From positions 15,475 to 79,474 of the forward strand of contig DATBZR010000078.1 in NCBI GenBank assembly GCA_036513095.1: DNA of 64,000 nt, read 5' to 3'. The DNA is from Candidatus Dormiibacterota bacterium (lineage in GTDB: Bacteria; Chloroflexota; Dormibacteria; Dormibacterales; Dormibacteraceae). How positions within the stretch are numbered: position 1 is the stretch's first letter; every line of letters starts with the position of its first letter. Of the stretch, positions 60,905 through 64,000 are shown one piece after another. The translations under genes and the position numbers were made by a program. The notes beneath the pieces were generated by a model, which saw only the letters and a list, made by a program, of their open reading frames with translations, searched no databases and was not told the origin of the DNA.

Positions 60905-62097
60905 TTCGGCGGTGTCACCTCTGGAGCGGCTGCCGCCGCCTCGGTCATGAGCGCGGCTGTTGGAGTCTCGGGCCGAGGTGCCGACGGCGGGCGGCGGAGA
61001 CCGGGTATCAGCTGCCTGATCGCACCGAGGAAGTTGGCCGCGATGCTGAAGAGGATCAACGCCTGCAACACGAGCACCAGGTTGCTGGAGACTCCCGCGT
61101 CGCTCTGCATCACCGAACCTCCGGCATGAAGGGCTCCGAACAAGAGCGCCGCGAGCACGATGCCGACGGCGCTTCCCAGACCCAGCAGCGCCACGGCGAT
61201 CGCGTCGAAGCCTGTCGTGTCGCTGAAGTACTTGTCAGTCAGGTTGTGATCGACGCCTGCGATCTGGACCGCTCCGGCAAGTCCGGAGAAGGCGCCAGCA
61301 ATCAGCATCGTCACGATGATCGTCCGGCGGACGCTCACACCGGCGTAGCGCGCGGCGCGCTGGCTCTGGCCCACGGCGCGGATCTCGTAACCCAGCGTGG
61401 TGCGCCACAACAGGAACGCAAAAACCGCGGCGGCGACGATCGCGATGAACAGCCCGGTATGGACGCGATACACGCTCGCGGGCAGACCGAAAACGATCAG
61501 CGAGTTGTCGGACGGAAGGAGCGTGGCGAGGCGCGCCCCCGGACCGATCGGGAGCGATTTCGACGTTCCGGCGGCAAGCTGCAGCGGCCCGCCGATGATC
61601 AGGTAGCGCAGGAACCACTGCGCGACGTAATTCATCATGATCGTCGTCACTACCTCGTGGGCTCCGACGGTCGCCTTGAGCACCCCGGCGACGCCCGCCC
61701 ACAATGCGCCTGCCACCATGCCGCCGACCAGGACCATCGGCAGCAGGATCGGGGCGGGCAGAGTGCTGAACTTGATCCCGATCGCGGTGCAGGCTATCGA
61801 GCCCGCGAGCAGCTGTCCCTCGGCCCCGATGTTGAACAAGCCGGCCCTGAACGGCAGCGCGACCGCGACCCCGGTCGTGATCAGCGGGGTGAGGAACACG
61901 ATGGTGTTGGAAATCTGAAGCGCCGGATTCTCACCCTGCGTGCAGCCGATTCCTAAGCCGCCGCAGATGAGCCCCGCGTACGCGCTGAACGGGTTGCCCC
62001 CGGTGGCTGTGACGATGAGACCGCCGGCGACGAATGCGAAGACGACCGAGCCGAGCGGCATCGCGAGCCCACTTGCGACCCGGCGCGCGATCGTCAT
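60901..62097 (-). CDS. ABC transporter permease (BMP/nucleoside system)
   Basis: Polytopic 398-aa membrane protein. First permease after the binding-protein gene. Confidence 0.88.
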   Translation of the reverse strand: MTIARRVASGLAMPLGSVVFAFVAGGLIVTATGGNPFSAYAGLICGGLGIGCTQGENPALQISNTIVFLTPLITTGVAVALPFRAGLFNIGAEGQLLAGSIACTAIGIKFSTLPAPILLPMVLVGGMVAGALWAGVAGVLKATVGAHEVVTTIMMNYVAQWFLRYLIIGGPLQLAAGTSKSLPIGPGARLATLLPSDNSLIVFGLPASVYRVHTGLFIAIVAAAVFAFLLWRTTLGYEIRAVGQSQRAARYAGVSVRRTIIVTMLIAGAFSGLAGAVQIAGVDHNLTDKYFSDTTGFDAIAVALLGLGSAVGIVLAALLFGALHAGGSVMQSDAGVSSNLVLVLQALILFSIAANFLGAIRQLIPGLRRPPSAPRPETPTAALMTEAAAAAPEVTPPK

Positions 62098-62122
62098 TGG
62101 TTTGGCGGTAGGCCCGGTGACT

Positions 62123-62151
62123 GGGGACGGGCGACGATCGCGCCCGTCCCC
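62123..62151. other. intercistronic 11-bp perfect stem-loop between the binding-protein and permease genes
   Basis: GGGGACGGGCG-acgatcg-CGCCCGTCCCC. Confidence 0.5.
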
Positions 62152-62159
62152 TGTCCCAT

Positions 62160-63194
62160 TTAGGCCGGAATGTCAGCCGGTGGCGTCAGCGTGCCTGCTG
62201 CGATCTCGCCCTGGATCTTCGTCACCTCAGCCTGGATGTCTGCCGGCAGCGTGAAGTTGTCGATGGCGTAGCCGGCGCCGCCGTTCTGGATGTCGAAGGT
62301 CAATGCCCCGCCGGGGAACTGGCCGTTGACCACGTCCTTGATGGCTGTGTAGGTGGCGACGTCAACCTTCTTCAAAGCGCTTGCGATTACGGAGGGGTCG
62401 GCGTCCTTCTGGTCCGCGTCCACGCCGATGCTCTTGACGCCGGCCTGCCCTGCGGCCTGCAGCGCTCCGAGCCCGCAGCCGCCGGCGACCTGGAACACGA
62501 CGTCGGACCCGCCGTTGATCTGCCCTTGCGCGACGCCCTTGCACTTGGCCGGGTCGGTGAAGTCGTTCGAGTAGCCGACCAGCACGTTGATACCGGGGTC
62601 TTCCATGGTCGCCGCCCACTTGTAGCCGGCGATGTAGTGGTTGACCGGCGGGATGCTCACGCCTCCGACGGCGCTGATCACGCCCTTGTTGTTCTTCAGC
62701 TTGCCCTGCTTCTCGAGCATCCCGGAGATGACTCCGACCATCGCGCCCGCGTCCTGCTCTCTGAAGAACAGAGACTCGACGTTGGCGTGCTTGAGGTCGT
62801 TGCCGTTGGCGTCGGTGCCGGAGCCGTCGATGATCGCGAAGTGCACGTTGGGGAACTGCCCGGAGACCGTGCCCACCGCTTCCTGCATCAAGAAGCCGAC
62901 TCCGATCACGAGGTCGTAGCCCGTGGACGCGAAGTTCGTGAGGTTCGGAACGTAGTCGTCGCCCGTCTTCGATTCCTTGACGTCGCCCTTGACCTTGAAG
63001 TCGGTGATCGCCTTCTGAAGCCCGACATAAGCGAGGTGGTTGAAGCTTTTGTCGTTGAGACCGCCGACGTCAGTGACAAGGCCGATCTTGTACTGCTTCG
63101 CGGGAGTGTTGTTGCCGGACGAACCACCGCAGGCGGCCACCAGCATCAGTGCCACAGCCACCAGACCAAATAGTCGAAGCCGCGTCTGCCCCAT
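62160..63194 (-). CDS. BMP-family (PnrA/Med-like) ABC substrate-binding lipoprotein
   Basis: Lipobox LVAACGG, plus GLVTDVGGLNDKSFN and GVGF. Confidence 0.9.
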   Translation of the reverse strand: MGQTRLRLFGLVAVALMLVAACGGSSGNNTPAKQYKIGLVTDVGGLNDKSFNHLAYVGLQKAITDFKVKGDVKESKTGDDYVPNLTNFASTGYDLVIGVGFLMQEAVGTVSGQFPNVHFAIIDGSGTDANGNDLKHANVESLFFREQDAGAMVGVISGMLEKQGKLKNNKGVISAVGGVSIPPVNHYIAGYKWAATMEDPGINVLVGYSNDFTDPAKCKGVAQGQINGGSDVVFQVAGGCGLGALQAAGQAGVKSIGVDADQKDADPSVIASALKKVDVATYTAIKDVVNGQFPGGALTFDIQNGGAGYAIDNFTLPADIQAEVTKIQGEIAAGTLTPPADIPA

Positions 63195-63310
63195 CCTAAT
63201 AGCTCCCTCTCAAATACCTGGCCACAGCCGGGCGCCACACCGCTCGGATCGGGCCGGATTGTAGCACTCGCCCATTGACCTTCCCGGGAGGTGTGGAAGG
63301 ATAGCCGGCA

Positions 63311-64000
63311 GTGGTTCCACTCGAGGTCATCGGCCGCAAGCGAGACGGTGCGGAACACACGCCCGAAGAGATCGAATTTCTGCTCTCCGGCTACCTGCGT
63401 GGCGAGATTCCCGACTACCAGATGGCAGCCTGGTTGATGGCGGTGTGCATCCGTGGCATGACCCGCGCCGAGACACTTGCCCTGACGCAGGCCATGGTGG
63501 CCAGCGGCGAGGTGCTCGACCTGAGCGGGATCAAAGGAATCAAGGTCGACAAGCACTCGACAGGCGGGGTTGGCGACAAGGTCACCCTGATCGCGGCGCC
63601 CCTTGCGGCCGCGTGCGGGGTCAAGGTCCCGAAGCTCAGCGGCCGCGCTCTCGCCCACACGGGCGGGACGCTCGACAAGCTCGAGTCCGTTCCAGGACTC
63701 ACCGTGGACCTGGAGCCCGAGCGCTTCATCCGGCAGGTCCAGGAGGTCGGGATCGCGGTGGCGGCCCAGTCGCCCCACATGGTGCCGGCCGACAAGGCCC
63801 TGTACGCCCTGCGGGACGTGACGGCGACCGTGCCGTCAGTGCCGCTCATCGCGTCCAGTGTGATGTCGAAGAAGATCGCCGCGGGCGCGGACGCGATCGT
63901 GCTCGACGTCAAGTTCGGTCGCGGGGCCTTCATGCCCGACGTCGAGTCCGCGATCGAGCTGGCCTCCGAGATGGTGCAGCTGGGCGAAGGCGCAGGCCGC
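63311..64000 (+). CDS. pdp: pyrimidine-nucleoside/thymidine phosphorylase; 3' end runs off the window
   Basis: Not in the ORF track because it is open to the window edge. Manual translation from GTG 63311 gives [66 protein letters not shown]...[17 protein letters not shown]. Confidence 0.9.
   Translation, partial: MVPLEVIGRKRDGAEHTPEEIEFLLSGYLRGEIPDYQMAAWLMAVCIRGMTRAETLALTQAMVASGEVLDLSGIKGIKVDKHSTGGVGDKVTLIAAPLAAACGVKVPKLSGRALAHTGGTLDKLESVPGLTVDLEPERFIRQVQEVGIAVAAQSPHMVPADKALYALRDVTATVPSVPLIASSVMSKKIAAGADAIVLDVKFGRGAFMPDVESAIELASEMVQLGEGAGR

Noticed and set aside
1-64000. Mobile elements, prophage, defence islands, and tRNA/rRNA genes
   Set aside because: No transposase, integrase, recombinase, phage structural, restriction-modification or cas-like translations were seen. 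No cloverleaf-like or rRNA-like non-coding stretch was seen either. All gaps above 100 bp are promoter or origin regions. The window looks like a conserved core chromosome.

Overview
Visibly GC-rich, densely coding bacterial chromosomal window centred on the replication origin. No rRNA, tRNA, CRISPR array, transposase, integrase or prophage genes were recognised. Gene order, left to right:
- glycine cleavage genes (gcvPA partial, gcvH, gcvT), then a truncated sigma-70-like gene
- NfeD-stomatin pair, CPBP protease, parA-parB, lepB, M16 peptidase
- origin core: jag-yidC-yidD-rnpA-rpmH (minus strand) | oriC part 1 | dnaA | oriC part 2 | dnaN-recF-DUF721(DciA-like), followed by a fused UvrD-type helicase/Cas4-type nuclease
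- envelope and lipid glycosyltransferases, a membrane-anchored cytochrome c, a beta-propeller lipoprotein, a DUF4388 protein
- FemAB-like gene, orphan OmpR-type regulator, folK-folP, murE, thiS-thiE-thiG, NUDIX hydrolase
- complete Pho cluster: phoR-pstB-phoU-phoB-pstC-pstA-arsC, divergent from pstS
- rsmG, FmdB zinc ribbon, lysA, Ser/Thr kinase, XdhC plus NifS-like desulfurase, cupin, Mut7-C, LarB, moaC-mog, pxpA and pxpBC, peroxidases, VOC dioxygenase, HAD hydrolases
- a BMP-family nucleoside-type ABC transporter next to a partial pyrimidine-nucleoside phosphorylase

This is core genome, not an accessory island, so the interesting signals are at sequence level:
1. An AhpE-like peroxiredoxin whose peroxidatic Cys codon is an in-frame TGA followed by a SECIS-like hairpin. 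It is a candidate selenoprotein that the ORF track splits.
2. Six tandem 30-bp units filling the rpmH-rnpA spacer. They abut the rnpA ATG and keep rpmH and rnpA in one reading frame separated only by a TAG.
3. rpmH and recF, whose conserved N-termini can only be encoded from non-canonical starts (ATC/CTG and CTG).
4. A bipartite oriC with high-GC-type TTGTCCACA DnaA boxes.
5. A sigma-70-like protein lacking region 4 and the melting aromatics.
6. A candidate 11-bp-periodic Pho box upstream of pstS.
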